A stretch of DNA of 64,000 bases, from assembly GCF_011745625.1 (NCBI RefSeq), contig NW_027191466.1, positions 310,001 through 374,000 of the forward strand, in the 5' to 3' direction. The translations under genes and the position numbers were made by a program. Each line of letters begins with the position of its first letter. The first letter of the stretch is position 1. The DNA is from Cladosporium halotolerans (Eukaryota). This document shows positions 25,885 to 37,493 of the stretch, one piece after another. The notes beneath the pieces were generated by a model. The model was not told the DNA's origin and did no database searches. It worked only from the letters and a program-made list of their open reading frames with translations.

Positions 25885-26027
25885 GGGCGCATGGGGTGAC
25901 TCCCGCAGGCGGGTAGGCGGTACCGGCGCTGGTCGCCGGTGTCCTACCCGCCTGACAGGGCCTCAGTACGGAAGAGACCGGTGGGCTTAAGCCCCGCTGG
26001 TACCCCCGAACGGGACCCCATGCGCCC
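25885..26027 (+). other. Predicted multi-stem RNA secondary structure in 3' UTR
   Basis: GGGCGCATGGGG/CCCCATGCGCCC plus TCCCG/CGGGA closing stem; CAGGCGGGTAGG/CCTACCCGCCTG plus ACCGGCG/CGCCGGT hairpin; ACCGGTGGGC/GCCCCGCTGGT hairpin. Confidence 0.65.
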
Positions 26028-28774
26028 TTGGTTTTAGCTAGCTTTTTGATGAATGAAACAGACATTCCCAGACCCGATCTTGATGGCTTTCTTGATTCTC
26101 ATGTTCTCCGCTTTGTGATTGTGTTTGAATAGGCTATGGCTGATGATAGTTGCCCGTGGTGTTGTTTTTTGCGCCGAGTGCTGGGAGTTTGGAGGCTTTC
26201 ACATGCTGTGTAGTCCATCACTCTCTCCGTGTGGCATTTGCGTTTGAGTATCCTGAAGCTGATGGTAGCAGCTCATGGTATCGTTTGTTGCTCGGAGCGA
26301 GATTTGTGTGAGTCGAATTCAGCTCACTGGGCACCGAGCTATGGCATCTCTCATGGCGCTGATATAAGTTTAGATGCGACGAGGGGTCTACCCATATTCA
26401 TTGTTGACTTAGCTACGCGATGGGACTGGGCCAGCACTACCTCAGCATGCACTGGAGCGATTGTATCGCTAAAGCATCTTTTGCATCTGTCGCCAGCTTT
26501 TTGCACATATTCCACGCGCACACAACTCGCCCTTCCTCACACAAATCGCACATCCCCTTCTCTCAGGCAGCGCGTACACCGCACACAAGTTGCCATACCT
26601 CTCCCTCGACAAGGCCAATCGCAAGGCCGCAGCCTCGCCGCACACGACGCGATCAACTCCGTCCGTGAATCTGGGCACCTCGCAGGGTTCTCTTGCTGAC
26701 GCGCAGGCCCTACAGTTTGCTGCGTTTCAGGAACTGGTACGAAGTCTCTTCAGGTGAAATGCTCGGAGCCCCGGCTCGGCGGCATGGTAGTTTGGGACAA
26801 TTATGTTTAATGTCCACTCGTCTTCGACTGACGGAGCATTAACTGGGCTCGCTGGCTTGCTCTCAGCGGAGGCAGCGCTACGGCGAGAAGAAATCAACGC
26901 CCTCACCGCCACGTGGCGCGTAGATCTTCAGCACATTCGCAATGCTTTGGTCGGAGTTGGGCAGGTATCGTGTCGTCGTGCTGATGTTGGCAATGCCCAC
27001 AAAGCCGGTGGTGATGCTTCTGCCACAGAAGTTGCACAGAGGTGCGACGAGGATCCGCCTCACGTTCCTAGACATGAGGAATGACTTGTTCATGTCCGAA
27101 GACATCCATCCGAGCTCCGCGCGCCCGAAAATCCTACTCAAAGAATGATTCTGGGAAACCTAGAGGTCGAGCTCAATGCAACCCACACGACCAGGCATTG
27201 AACTGAGAGATGTGACGGGGAAGGTGTCTGCCTCTTTGTTTGCCTGACTCAGAGAAGTGCACGCCGGAAATCAGGTCTGTCTCGAGTTGAGACAAATCCA
27301 CTGTGCACGCGAGACCTTACAACTGCAGCAAAAGCCGCTGAGTAGGCATCCCCGCCATGTTGGAAGCATTCGGAGGCGTTCCGGGAAAAGCTCACGCTAA
27401 GGAGGGAGCCCATCCATAGGCACGTCCGAGAGAAATCACAGCTTCAGAAAAGACGCCACGAGCTCAAGCGTCTGAAAGGGTACTGCAGTTGTGGTCATCT
27501 CCGATCGTTTGCCCCCAAACACCGGTCACTTGATGCGCTCATGACCTACCTACCACAGCGCATCACGAAGTATGGCCGTCGTGAAGCGGACCTGATGGCC
27601 GTGCAAGAGGTGCGCTGGCACGCTGGTTGCGACATTTGGGCAAAGCGCGATGATTGACAGGAGTGCGGCTGATCAGCAACATCGTTTGGTCTGTCACTGT
27701 AGGCGTTCGCTCGCAATTCATGTTCGTGGTGGTGGTGGTCGAGTGACCTGTCCCCTTTCGGCAAGCACATGGTGTGCGGAGGTTTCACTGAGACATTGGC
27801 CGGTAGACGCAATCTTGTGAAACACTTCCGAAGGTTTACGCCTCCAACTCTTATCTCGACTTCAGTGGGATCTGCGCCGTTTTGTTGATGTACCACTCTC
27901 TGGGTAGAGCGCCACCAGGGGTTGTGACGACAGCGACAGCGCGAGATCGTCTGCAGCTCAGGTGCTCAGGTACGCCAGGAACGCCCTCCGCTAGAAACGC
28001 CTCTACCTGCCTAGTGTATCGTCACATCGCCGGAGTGGAGTCCCAGAGTGTCATAGTGAAGCAACGGTCCGGTTCGCTCCAGGCACAAGGCACGGAGAGC
28101 CTCCGCAGAGTCGTGCGCCGACACTTGCCCGAGCGGCACGGCAATCTAATCCACACACACACCCCAGGCCGCTAAGGCGTGTGACTGCGACACTCCCCAA
28201 CATTTCTGGCGGCTCGACACCACGCGAGAGAGACCCTTTCGTATATCAGCAGTCTGCTATACAGCACGGTGTCTGATTGCAGAAATGCACAGAGCGCCAA
28301 ACTGCTATACCACATGCTCGAGCGCCACTGACGCGGCGGCCGCTGCACTTCGTCACGCGTGGGAGGGCGCACATTAGGTTTTCTGACGACGATCCGAGGC
28401 CCGTGGCATGTCACTTGCGGCTCAACGTCGATGGAGGCAGCGCCGCCGCGCCTGCTGTGACAGCCTGTGAGTGGTTCTGCTCGACTGTTGTGTTTCATGT
28501 CCATCGCATTAGGCTCAGCCACCGCACTGTTGCTCGCCGACCTTCCTCGCTCTCCCTGATCGGCCGCCAATCGCACATCAAATTGCGCGTATAAGGTTTG
28601 GTGTTATGCCGCGCGGTAGAGCACGACTAGGAGATGGCCAGTCGGATAACATCCTGATCTATCATCCATTGTTTTTCCTATCTCGCTGAGTGTCTTTGAG
28701 AGGCATTCCCTTCTGGTTTCTTCAACCACATTCCTTTCACCAGAGCCCGTCGTTGTTCTGGTCCACACGCAATC

Positions 28775-30031
28775 ATGAAGCTGAATGCCGCGGCCTCGCC
28801 GGGCGTCCTGTCCCTACTGAGCGTCCTCACAGCCGTCCCATCTTTCATTGCCCCAGTCGCAGCAGCTCCGCAGGTCGGCAAACTCGCTGAGACTCAGGCA
28901 ACCAATGCCATTCCTGTCGAAGCACGCGACGTCCGTACCCAGATCGACGACTCGAACAACGAGGGCGAGAGGCACGACGACATTGAAGCCCCCAAAGGCT
29001 CAACCTTCTCTGGCTTCCCTTTCGGAAACGACGGCGAGGAGATTGCTACCTTCTGGAGCGAGAATGCCGACAACGAGCACGCCAAACATGCCTACATTAT
29101 CCTCCACGGCAAGCTTCGCGACGGCGACAGCTACTGGACCACGATGAACGACATCCTTCAATCCGCCATCGACGACAACATCCCCGGCGCCGATGACGAT
29201 GCTATCGTTGTTGCTCCTCAGTTCTTCTCCAAGAAGCTCAACTCTGGCCAGTACACCGACAACATGCTTGCTTGGGACGACGTCAACGCGTGGCAAGCTG
29301 GCGACCCTGCCATCCACCCGGACGACACCAAGCTGACCTCCTTTGACGCGCTGGACGCGCTTGTTGACGAGTTCTCCGACGACGACAAGTACCCCAACAT
29401 GCAGAACATCACTGTCGTCGGACACGGAGGTGGTGCTCAGCTCAACGTTCGCTACGCGATGGTCGCTAAGACGCCAGCCAAGGGCAACGCGCACATTCGC
29501 TACATCCACGGCGACGCCTCCACCGCCGCCTACTTCACCAGGAACCGCCCGCAGTCCGTTAAGGGCGGCGAGGACCTCCCCAGCCGCGACGAGTGCGAGT
29601 ACTACAACACCTGGCGCTACGGCTTCAACGAGTTCAAGGGCACGGCGGACGGCCTGAAGACGGCCAAGGAATACTTCCAGCAGTACATATCGCGCGATGT
29701 CGTCTCCATCGTCGGCTACGACGACACCGCCGCCGCCGGCGACACGCTATGCGCCGCGCGCATGCAGGGCGGCACCAAGCGCCGCGACCGCAACCTGATC
29801 TGGTGGCAGTACATTAACATGCTGGCGCGCACGAACGAGAACCTCGACGGCTTCCCCGGCACCTTCGACGAGCTGCCGGACTACTCTGACGTGTCCAACA
29901 ACAAGATCAACACGCGGCTGACGGTCGTCGAGGACGCGGGCCACGACGCCGAGGAGGTCTTCAAGGGCAAGGAGGGCCGCGCCGCGCTCTTCAGCAAGGA
30001 CGTCCCCACCGGCTGGAGGCCCGACGCCTGA
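28775..30031 (+). CDS. Secreted alpha/beta-hydrolase-fold protein (possible readthrough extension to 30226 with GPI signal)
   Basis: Signal peptide MKLNAAASPGVLSLLSVLTAVPSFIAPVAA, IILHG oxyanion-loop strand, VVAPQF, elbow VVGHGGGAQ, C-terminal AGHD; strong C-ending codon bias. Confidence 0.82.
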   Translation: MKLNAAASPGVLSLLSVLTAVPSFIAPVAAAPQVGKLAETQATNAIPVEARDVRTQIDDSNNEGERHDDIEAPKGSTFSGFPFGNDGEEIATFWSENADNEHAKHAYIILHGKLRDGDSYWTTMNDILQSAIDDNIPGADDDAIVVAPQFFSKKLNSGQYTDNMLAWDDVNAWQAGDPAIHPDDTKLTSFDALDALVDEFSDDDKYPNMQNITVVGHGGGAQLNVRYAMVAKTPAKGNAHIRYIHGDASTAAYFTRNRPQSVKGGEDLPSRDECEYYNTWRYGFNEFKGTADGLKTAKEYFQQYISRDVVSIVGYDDTAAAGDTLCAARMQGGTKRRDRNLIWWQYINMLARTNENLDGFPGTFDELPDYSDVSNNKINTRLTVVEDAGHDAEEVFKGKEGRAALFSKDVPTGWRPDA

Positions 30032-30753
30032 CGGCCAGCGAGTGCTGCTAGCCCCAGCGCTCTCCCTGAACAGCCGGACGAGCCCGTCCAGCAACCCGCT
30101 CCTAGCTCCGGCGCCGGCGGCAAGGCGTCGTCTTCTTCTTCCTCGACGTCCGCCGCCGGCCGCGTGTCTTGCGAGGCGGTCTTCACTTTCGTTGCCCTGG
30201 CGCTATGCCTTTTGGCCTTCGCTTAGGTTCCCCCCTCTATCTCTTACTCCCTGTAAAATTGCATCAGGCGCTCGGCGCTTGTGTTTGAACAGATACATAA
30301 TAGACGCATTGGCGTGACAGATACCGAAACAATACACGATAGACTACTGTTTTCTCAATCATAAACCATCCTTCCAGATCCAACAGCCACTGTGCCATTT
30401 CCTATACAGGTCAAAGCTAAAACATGCCTCCTCAGAACTGACCACGAAGGCCCGTCTCGAGCCATCACTTGGCGTGCGGAGAAAACATGCGAGGGGTACA
30501 GTATGAAGACCTATATGCACTGTCGCGCATATCATAACCTTGGTAAACCAAATGCACGCGGGCTTGTGAGTCTTGGGGATCTTAGCTGAGTTCGACGAAG
30601 TCGGCGAACGGCTCCGGTATCGCGGCGTAATGAAGGTCCGAAAGGTGCACGCATGCATGCCTGGACATATTATATGTATATTCGCCTCAGCTGGGTCCGT
30701 CGTGGTTTGTTCACGGATCACTTTTACTGAGGTACTGATTGAATCTAAACGAA

Positions 30754-32606
30754 ATGGCTCAACCAAAAACAGATCCCGACATCAAAACCCCAGCCGACCA
30801 CCTCTCGCACCTCGAGCTCACCACCGACAAGCCACAACAGCCCGGCGAAGAACTCCCCGAGATCCTGCGCCAACTCACGCCCCCCGAGCTCGCGGCGATG
30901 GAGAAAACCATCGTCCGCCGCATCGACTTCCGCACCCTCCCCATCCTCGTCGTGCTGTTCATCATGAACATCCTTGACCGCAACACGATCGCCAACGCGC
31001 GGCTGGGCGGCCTGGAAGCCGAGCTGGGCATGTCGGACACGCAGTACCAGACCGCGTTGATGGTGCTTTGGGGTATGTTTTTTGTTGCTTTTGATTGATG
31101 GGTGTAATAGGGGAGTGGACGTAGCTGACTTGAGCGATGAAACAGCTGGTTACATCTCGATGATGATACCGTCGAACATGATGCTTTCGCTGCTGAGGCC
31201 GAATTTGTATTTGCCGACGGTGGTGATCGTTTGGGGGCTGGTATGTACCACCAACACCCGCCGAGAGGATTGTGATGTCGTGGCTTACAGACCGTGATCA
31301 GGTCTCCGGCGCGACGGGCTTCGTGCAGAATTACTCTGGCCTCGTGGCGCTGCGGTTCCTGTGCGGTGTTACTGAGGCGCCGTACTTTGTCGGAGCCATC
31401 TTCTTCCTCTCCGCATGGTACACGAAGACTGAGCTGCCTTTTCGCATCGCCATATTTTACCTTGGCTATACGCTTGCGTCGGCATTCGGCGGCCTCATCG
31501 CAGCTGGTATCCTTGATGGCATGGATGGCCTGGGCGGGTATCAATCTTGGGTACGATCCAGAGAGCACCATTGCATTCAAGACTTGTGTTGCTAATCAGC
31601 GCATCCTGACAGCGATGGATGTTCATCGTCGAGGGCGCGATCACCGTCGTCCTGGGCTTCTTCGCCTACCCGCTCTTACCTAACTATCCCAGCAACACGA
31701 AGTGGCTGAACGAGGCCGAGCGCGCTCTCGCACAGTACCGCCTGTCCCGCGAATGCGACGGCGACAAGGATGAAGTCGAAGAGTCGGTCTTCATAGGCCT
31801 GAAACAAGCGGCTGCGGATCCCAAGACTTGGCTGCTGGTCTTGATTTTGACGTGCGCTGTGATCAGCATGAGCTTCACTTGTAAGTATCGCACCTGACTT
31901 GATATGCTTCAGGGCTGCCATAAGTATCAGCAGCTGACGTTGCGACCAAGATTTCTTCCCATCCATCGTCCAGACGCTGGGCTACCCCCGAGTCCAGACC
32001 CTGCTGCTCACATCACCACCATACTTCCTCGCTTGCATCTTCTCGCTACTCAACTCGTGGCACAGCGGCAAGACGCAGGAGAGGTCGTATCACATTGTGA
32101 CAGGAGCGGCGATCTCTGTAGTGGGTCAGATCCTTTCGACAACGACGCACAATCTCGGTGCCCGGTACTTCGTGAGTAACGTCAAAACCGCAAGCGAGCG
32201 CAAATCTCTAACAAGCGCATGATTCAGGCCATGTTTCTCCAGGCCATGGGCTCCTTCTCGATCTTCCAATTGATCCTGGCGTGGATCTCTTCGACCATCC
32301 CAAGACCCAAGGCGAAGCGTGGTGTGGCCGTGGCAATCTGCACCGCTGTGGCGAATGCGACGAATATCAGCTCCGCGTACCTTTATCCTTCAGCTGATGC
32401 ACCGTGGGTAGACCTTTCTCTCGCTTCACACAAATAAGCTGCTAATAACCCTTGCATTCAGACTATACCGAAAGGGCTGCATTGTATTGACCGTTGCCCT
32501 TGTCACTTGCGCTTCTGCGTCCTTGGCTCTGCGCTTTTGGCTGAAGAAAGAGAACGAGAAGCTCGACAGAGAGGAAGGTGACGTCGGATTCCGGTATATC
32601 CTGTGA
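30754..32606 (+). CDS. MFS transporter, allantoate/nicotinate permease (Dal5/Tna1-like); exons 30754-31072, 31146-31240, 31302-31550, 31613-31880, 31951-32171, 32228-32403, 32462-32606
   Basis: RRIDFRTLP, LDRNTIANARL, MIPSNM, RFLCGVTEAPYFVG, WYTKTEL, SW|RWMFIVEG, C-terminal FRYIL*. Six GT-AG introns splice in frame. Confidence 0.9.
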
Positions 32607-33994
32607 AATACCTCGGTCTAGATCTCCAGATGAACCGGTTACGCTGTACGGAAGCGCTGGAAACGCCCTTATCCGGAGGGAGAGCATGATGATTCGACGC
32701 TCATACATGGTACGCCGCAAGCGCATTTCTGCCTGTTGGGCTCCCAGAGGCGAGACTTTGGACGGGTGTCGGGCTAATTCGCGGTGGGCATTGCACGCGT
32801 TGAACTTTCCAAGCTGTAGCCAAGACGAAACGTTCCAATAACCATACCGTATGCACTCCGCGACCCAATCTCAGGCCTGCATGCGGCGGTCGGGGAACAG
32901 CCCGGCCAGGGGTCAGCGTGCTGAAAATACAAACGATAATCCCATCTTGACGCCGGCAATCAGTTCATGCCCTCGCCATGCAATTCCTGCATTCGCTCCT
33001 CGCTGTCCCGCGACTCGACGCGATCTTCTTGGCCGAGCGATGAGGTCGCTCGCTGGTGGGTCGGGACGTGAGAGTGCCTCCGTTTGGCCGATCCTTCCCG
33101 CCCCGAACCAAAAGTTTACCAACTCTTGTCGTGACGGGCCGGAAGAAATGCGGAGCTTCTTCGTTGCGGCTCGACCAAAGCTTCCTTCCATAGCAACCTG
33201 CAAGTATAGCAGATCTGTGGGCGGGTGCCATTCCTCGTCCGATCTCGAGGTCAAGACGGCCAGAATGAACGTGTATCGCGACAAGACACGGCGCTCGCCT
33301 GGCTGCCGTGCCCAGGCGGTATCTCGTCAATAGTACAGGCCGCACTGCGTTGCCGCCGATGCTATTCTCGTGTCTGCACGCGAAGGACCGAGATCAAGGG
33401 TTGCCGTCCACGTGCTGCATTGGCCGATCACAAGAACCTTGGGATGCAGCGCAAGCTCGCACGACTCGGCCACCAGCGACGCCTTGGCATCGCCGTAGAC
33501 GCGTAGGGCTCTCGCTCGCTGCAATTTGGGCCTGCCCGCCAGCCTCCTGTCACAGCAAGTGCCGTACGGGATGCACGTACGACGCGCCCACCGATCCGCG
33601 CCTCCGGGACGCTCGAAGTCACAGGTACACACGGACGCCTCGCAATGCTTGTCTGTCGTCTCACGCCCTGGGCGCTTAACATGGTATACGTGACTTGGCG
33701 CGATAACTCTGCAGGCTTTCGGTGGGGGTGTCGTCACCGTCGTCTCGGCGCTGAGCCTTAACCATTCGACGGGCTCCACTCGGCCTGCCCAGTGCGGACG
33801 AACGTGCCTCCAATGGTCAGCACCGGTATGGCCCATCGCTGTGCCATTCCCAGTCTGGCATGTAAATGGCGACGCCGCACGTGTGAATCTGCCGGCCTGA
33901 CGCCAGCGAGGGCGAGTTTAAAGGTAAGCATGGCTCGCTGTTGTTACGCAGTCGGTTGTTGTTGTAAGCACCATTGGTTGTGTCTCGTTCGATC

Positions 33995-35718
33995 ATGAAG
34001 GTCTCTGCTATCTCGTTGGCGCTCTGCCCTTTGGCTACTCTCGCATACCCGGAGGTGGCACGTCTCCAGGCTCGTGACAATGGCTCCGAAGCCTACCACA
34101 CCGACCTCTTCGAAGGCACTCGTTTGAAGGAGGACCAATCCACCCTCAATGCCTCTCAATTGACCTACACCCAACAAAATGGTCGAACCTGGTTCCAGCC
34201 CCAGGGTGCTCAGAGAGCCGGAGCGTCCGGCCCTCTTCTTCTGCAAGATTGGCACCTGCTCGACACGATGGCTACGTTCAATCGTGAACGCATCCCGGAG
34301 CGAGTCGTCCATGCTCGAGGTGCTGGCGCACACGGATACTTCGAGGTGACTGGCGACTACGCGTCGAAGTACTCGGCTGCAGATGTCTTCAAGCCCGGCA
34401 CCAAGACGTCGATCACCATGCGTTTCAGCACGGTGGGTGGCGCCAGGGGTTCTGCCGATACAGCTCGGGATCCTCGCGGTTTCTCCATCAAGATGAGGAC
34501 GAAGAAGGGTATTCTTGACTGGTACGTCTTGATTGATCGATTCAATTTGACGAAGCACAATCGCTAACATCGATGTAGGGTCTTCAACAGTACGTTCAAT
34601 GGAACGATACCAGAAGCATTCACAGACGCTAACATTCTATAGACACTCCCGTTTTCTTCATTCGCGATCCGCTGAAGTTCCCTCGCTTCATCCACACCCA
34701 GAAGACCGACCCTGCCACGAATGCTCGTGACTGGAACACTTTCTGGGCATGGCCCGCTCAGTTCCCTGAAGCCATGCTGCAGTTCCTTCGTCTCCTCTCC
34801 GATCTCGGAACACCCTACGGCTTCCAGCACATGCACGGCTGGTCTGGCCACACATACAAGTTGGTTCAGGACGATGGAAGCTGGGTGTACACTCGTGTGA
34901 AGCTGGAGTCCGAGCAGGGCGTTCGCAACTTCACCGACGCCGAGGCCAAGAAGCAGGCGGGAGAGAACGACGCATGGGCCACCAAGTATCTCTACGACTC
35001 CATTGAGAAGGGTGACTACCCGGCATGGAAGGTCTCATTCGCCACCATGACCGAAGAGGAGGCTGCAAACTACCGCTATGATATTCTCGACTTGACCAAG
35101 GACTGGCTCAATGTCACCTACCACGACGTGGGGCGAATGGTCCTTACGCAAAACCCTGAGAACTACCATTCCGAAATTGAGCAGGCTCACTTCAGCCCTG
35201 CCAACATGGTGGAAGGTTGGGAGCCTTCGAACGACCCGGTGCTGCAGTCGCGTCTGTTCGCCTACAACGACGCTGCTCGTCACCGCATTGGTGTCAACTA
35301 CCAGCAGATCCCCGTGAACTGCCCCTTCTCGTCCGTCGCCAACTTCGACCGCGACGGTCACTTGTCTGTGCACGGCAACCAGGGCTCGCGCCAGAACTTC
35401 CCCGACGAATACCGCGACAAGCTGAACGTCGTGGAGAAGCCCAAGACTGTGACCGAGCCAAAGATCGAGGGCAACCTTACCTACTACGAGAGCCAGATCG
35501 AGGGTGACATCGATTACGAGCAGCCGAGGGAATTCTACCAGGTGCAGCTCAGCCAAGGCGATCGCGACAACCTTCACAGCAACATTGCGGGCACGCTGGT
35601 CAATGTTGACAACGATGACATCCGCGAGACTCTGCTGGAGCAGTTCGGCAAAGTGGATGCGGCGCTTGAGCGTGGCGTCCGGGAGGCGTACCAGAAGGCT
35701 TTGGCGGCTGCGAGCTAA
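33995..35718 (+). CDS. Monofunctional heme catalase (small-subunit length, 537 aa) with N-terminal signal peptide; exons 33995-34521, 34579-34589, 34643-35718
   Basis: [17 protein letters not shown] (distal His), [40 protein letters not shown] (proximal Tyr); [17 protein letters not shown] signal peptide. Confidence 0.93.
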
Positions 35719-36335
35719 ACGCCGCATTTCTATACTCCCTGTATCTGATCAGTAACGCACCGTGATGGAACGAATTGAATTCGTGACATGTTTTCAAAGT
35801 TGCCGCGGATATGCAGAATAAGGCGCCCACATAGTTCGCCCTTAGTAAGGCTGTCACGGCTGTCACGCAGTCATCTCCGCTGACCACAGAATGATTTGAT
35901 TTCTGTACCTTGCTCGACAAATTAAACCAATCCTTGCATGACGCAGGTCCGGGCCTAGCGCCGTCTTTCAGTTCGTGGATCGGCCTGACGATCCGTCTCT
36001 GCCTTTCTCCGCTTCAACATCATAGCGCCAATTCCCGTTGCTCCATATGGTTTGGCTCAAAGACACTATTTGCTCTCCGGTCGTTCGTCGAACCGCATCC
36101 CCGCATCCGCCCAAGGGTCAACTTTGTGTTCTTCCAAATCACTCTCCAAATCATGATGCTGTGTGTTGACGCCGTTACCAACCCGCGCGCAGCGGTAGCT
36201 CCGGAACTCGTCACGTCACATCTGGATTGCTAAGTGGTTCTGCAGGATACATATATACGTCGGAAGCAGGTAGGTGATGGGTGATTTTCTGTTCTTCACA
36301 GCAATCATCTCCTCTCCATTGCTACCTTTCCAACA

Positions 36336-37493
36336 ATGTCTGCCATGAGACAGTCCCTCACAGCAGCGGCCGCGGCCGCCTTCGTTGGCACCGCTTCGGC
36401 CATGACCTGCACCAACCTGACTGTTCCCGTTGAGGTCAGCGCCAGGAACGGTGTTTTCGACATCAAGGCGCCTCAGAACAACATTGAGGTGACCAACTTC
36501 ATCCTCAACAACAGCCAGCAGGGTACAAACTACACCGCTGAGCTTCTGAAGGAGTACACCACTGTAAGCGGCAAGTACGATCTTGCTGCCACCTACTGTG
36601 TGCCTGGCGAGAACACCACCGAGGCCCCCAACACCGTCCAGATCCTCACCCACGGTATCGGCTTCGACCGCAGCTACTGGAACTCCCCGTACAACTCGGG
36701 CAACTACTCCTACAGCGCTGTCGCCACCGACAAGTACGGCTATGCCACCTTCTCCTGGGACCGCCTCGGCATCGGCATGTCCGACCACGGCGATCCCGTC
36801 CAGGAGATCCAGGCCCTGCTCGAGGTCGACGCTCTCCGCGCCCTGACCCAGGCCGTCCGTAGCGGCGCCGTCGAGTGCGTGCCGCCCTTCGAGAAGGTCG
36901 TCCACGTCGGCCACAGCTTCGGCAGCACGCACACCTACGCCCTGACCGCCATGTACCCCGACATCAGCGACGGCATCGCCCTCACCGGCTTCTCCCAGAA
37001 CGGCACCTTCCTGCCCTACTTCCAGCTCGGCGGCAACTTCATCGACGTGAAGGAGAACGCCGCCCTCGCCCCCAAGTACGACCACGGCTACCTGGCCGCG
37101 GGCAACCCGTCGGCCGTGCAGACCAACTTCTTCTCGCCGGGCGCCTTCGACCCCGAGATCCTCGCCTTCGCCGCCATGACCGGCCAGCCCGTGACGATCG
37201 GCGAGCTGCTCACCATCGGCGGCGAGACGGCCAGCCCGAACCACTTCGCCGGCCCGGTCATCGTCGTCACCGGCGAGCGCGACGTGCCCTTCTGCGGCGG
37301 CAGCTGCCTCAACGGCGCCCCCAACGGCAGCTCCATCCCCGCCCAGGCCCAGAAGACTTTCACCAGCACCAACATCTCCACTGAGATCATCCCTGGTGCG
37401 GGCCATGGCCTTAACTTGGAGTACTCGCACCCCATGACCTACAAGGCCGTCAACGACTTCTTTGCCATGAGGGTTGGTGGTGGCAAGGCTTAA
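36336..37493 (+). CDS. Secreted alpha/beta hydrolase (esterase/lipase-like)
   Basis: Signal peptide, QILTHGIGFDRSYW, DRLGIGMS, nucleophile elbow VGHSFG, TGERD acid, GAGHGLN His; many N-glycosylation sequons. Confidence 0.88.
   Translation: MSAMRQSLTAAAAAAFVGTASAMTCTNLTVPVEVSARNGVFDIKAPQNNIEVTNFILNNSQQGTNYTAELLKEYTTVSGKYDLAATYCVPGENTTEAPNTVQILTHGIGFDRSYWNSPYNSGNYSYSAVATDKYGYATFSWDRLGIGMSDHGDPVQEIQALLEVDALRALTQAVRSGAVECVPPFEKVVHVGHSFGSTHTYALTAMYPDISDGIALTGFSQNGTFLPYFQLGGNFIDVKENAALAPKYDHGYLAAGNPSAVQTNFFSPGAFDPEILAFAAMTGQPVTIGELLTIGGETASPNHFAGPVIVVTGERDVPFCGGSCLNGAPNGSSIPAQAQKTFTSTNISTEIIPGAGHGLNLEYSHPMTYKAVNDFFAMRVGGGKA

Noticed and set aside
25885..26043. HDV-like ribozyme, Helitron 3' end, or SECIS interpretation of the structured element
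   Set aside because: CGAA-CGGGA resembles HDV J4/2-P2, but no P1/L3 pseudoknot fits. The CTAG after the hairpin is not followed by T and no helicase is nearby. Filamentous ascomycetes lack the selenocysteine machinery.
26229..28594. Scattered short ORFs in the long intergenic region
   Set aside because: No recognisable domain, transposase or RT motifs, terminal repeats or RIP-like AT enrichment.
30002..30051. Intron removing the TGA of the alpha/beta-hydrolase (CTGAC branch-like motif overlapping the stop)
   Set aside because: The nearest GT (GTCCCC) is a poor donor and does not splice into the GPI frame. In-phase donors further upstream would delete the conserved GHD region.
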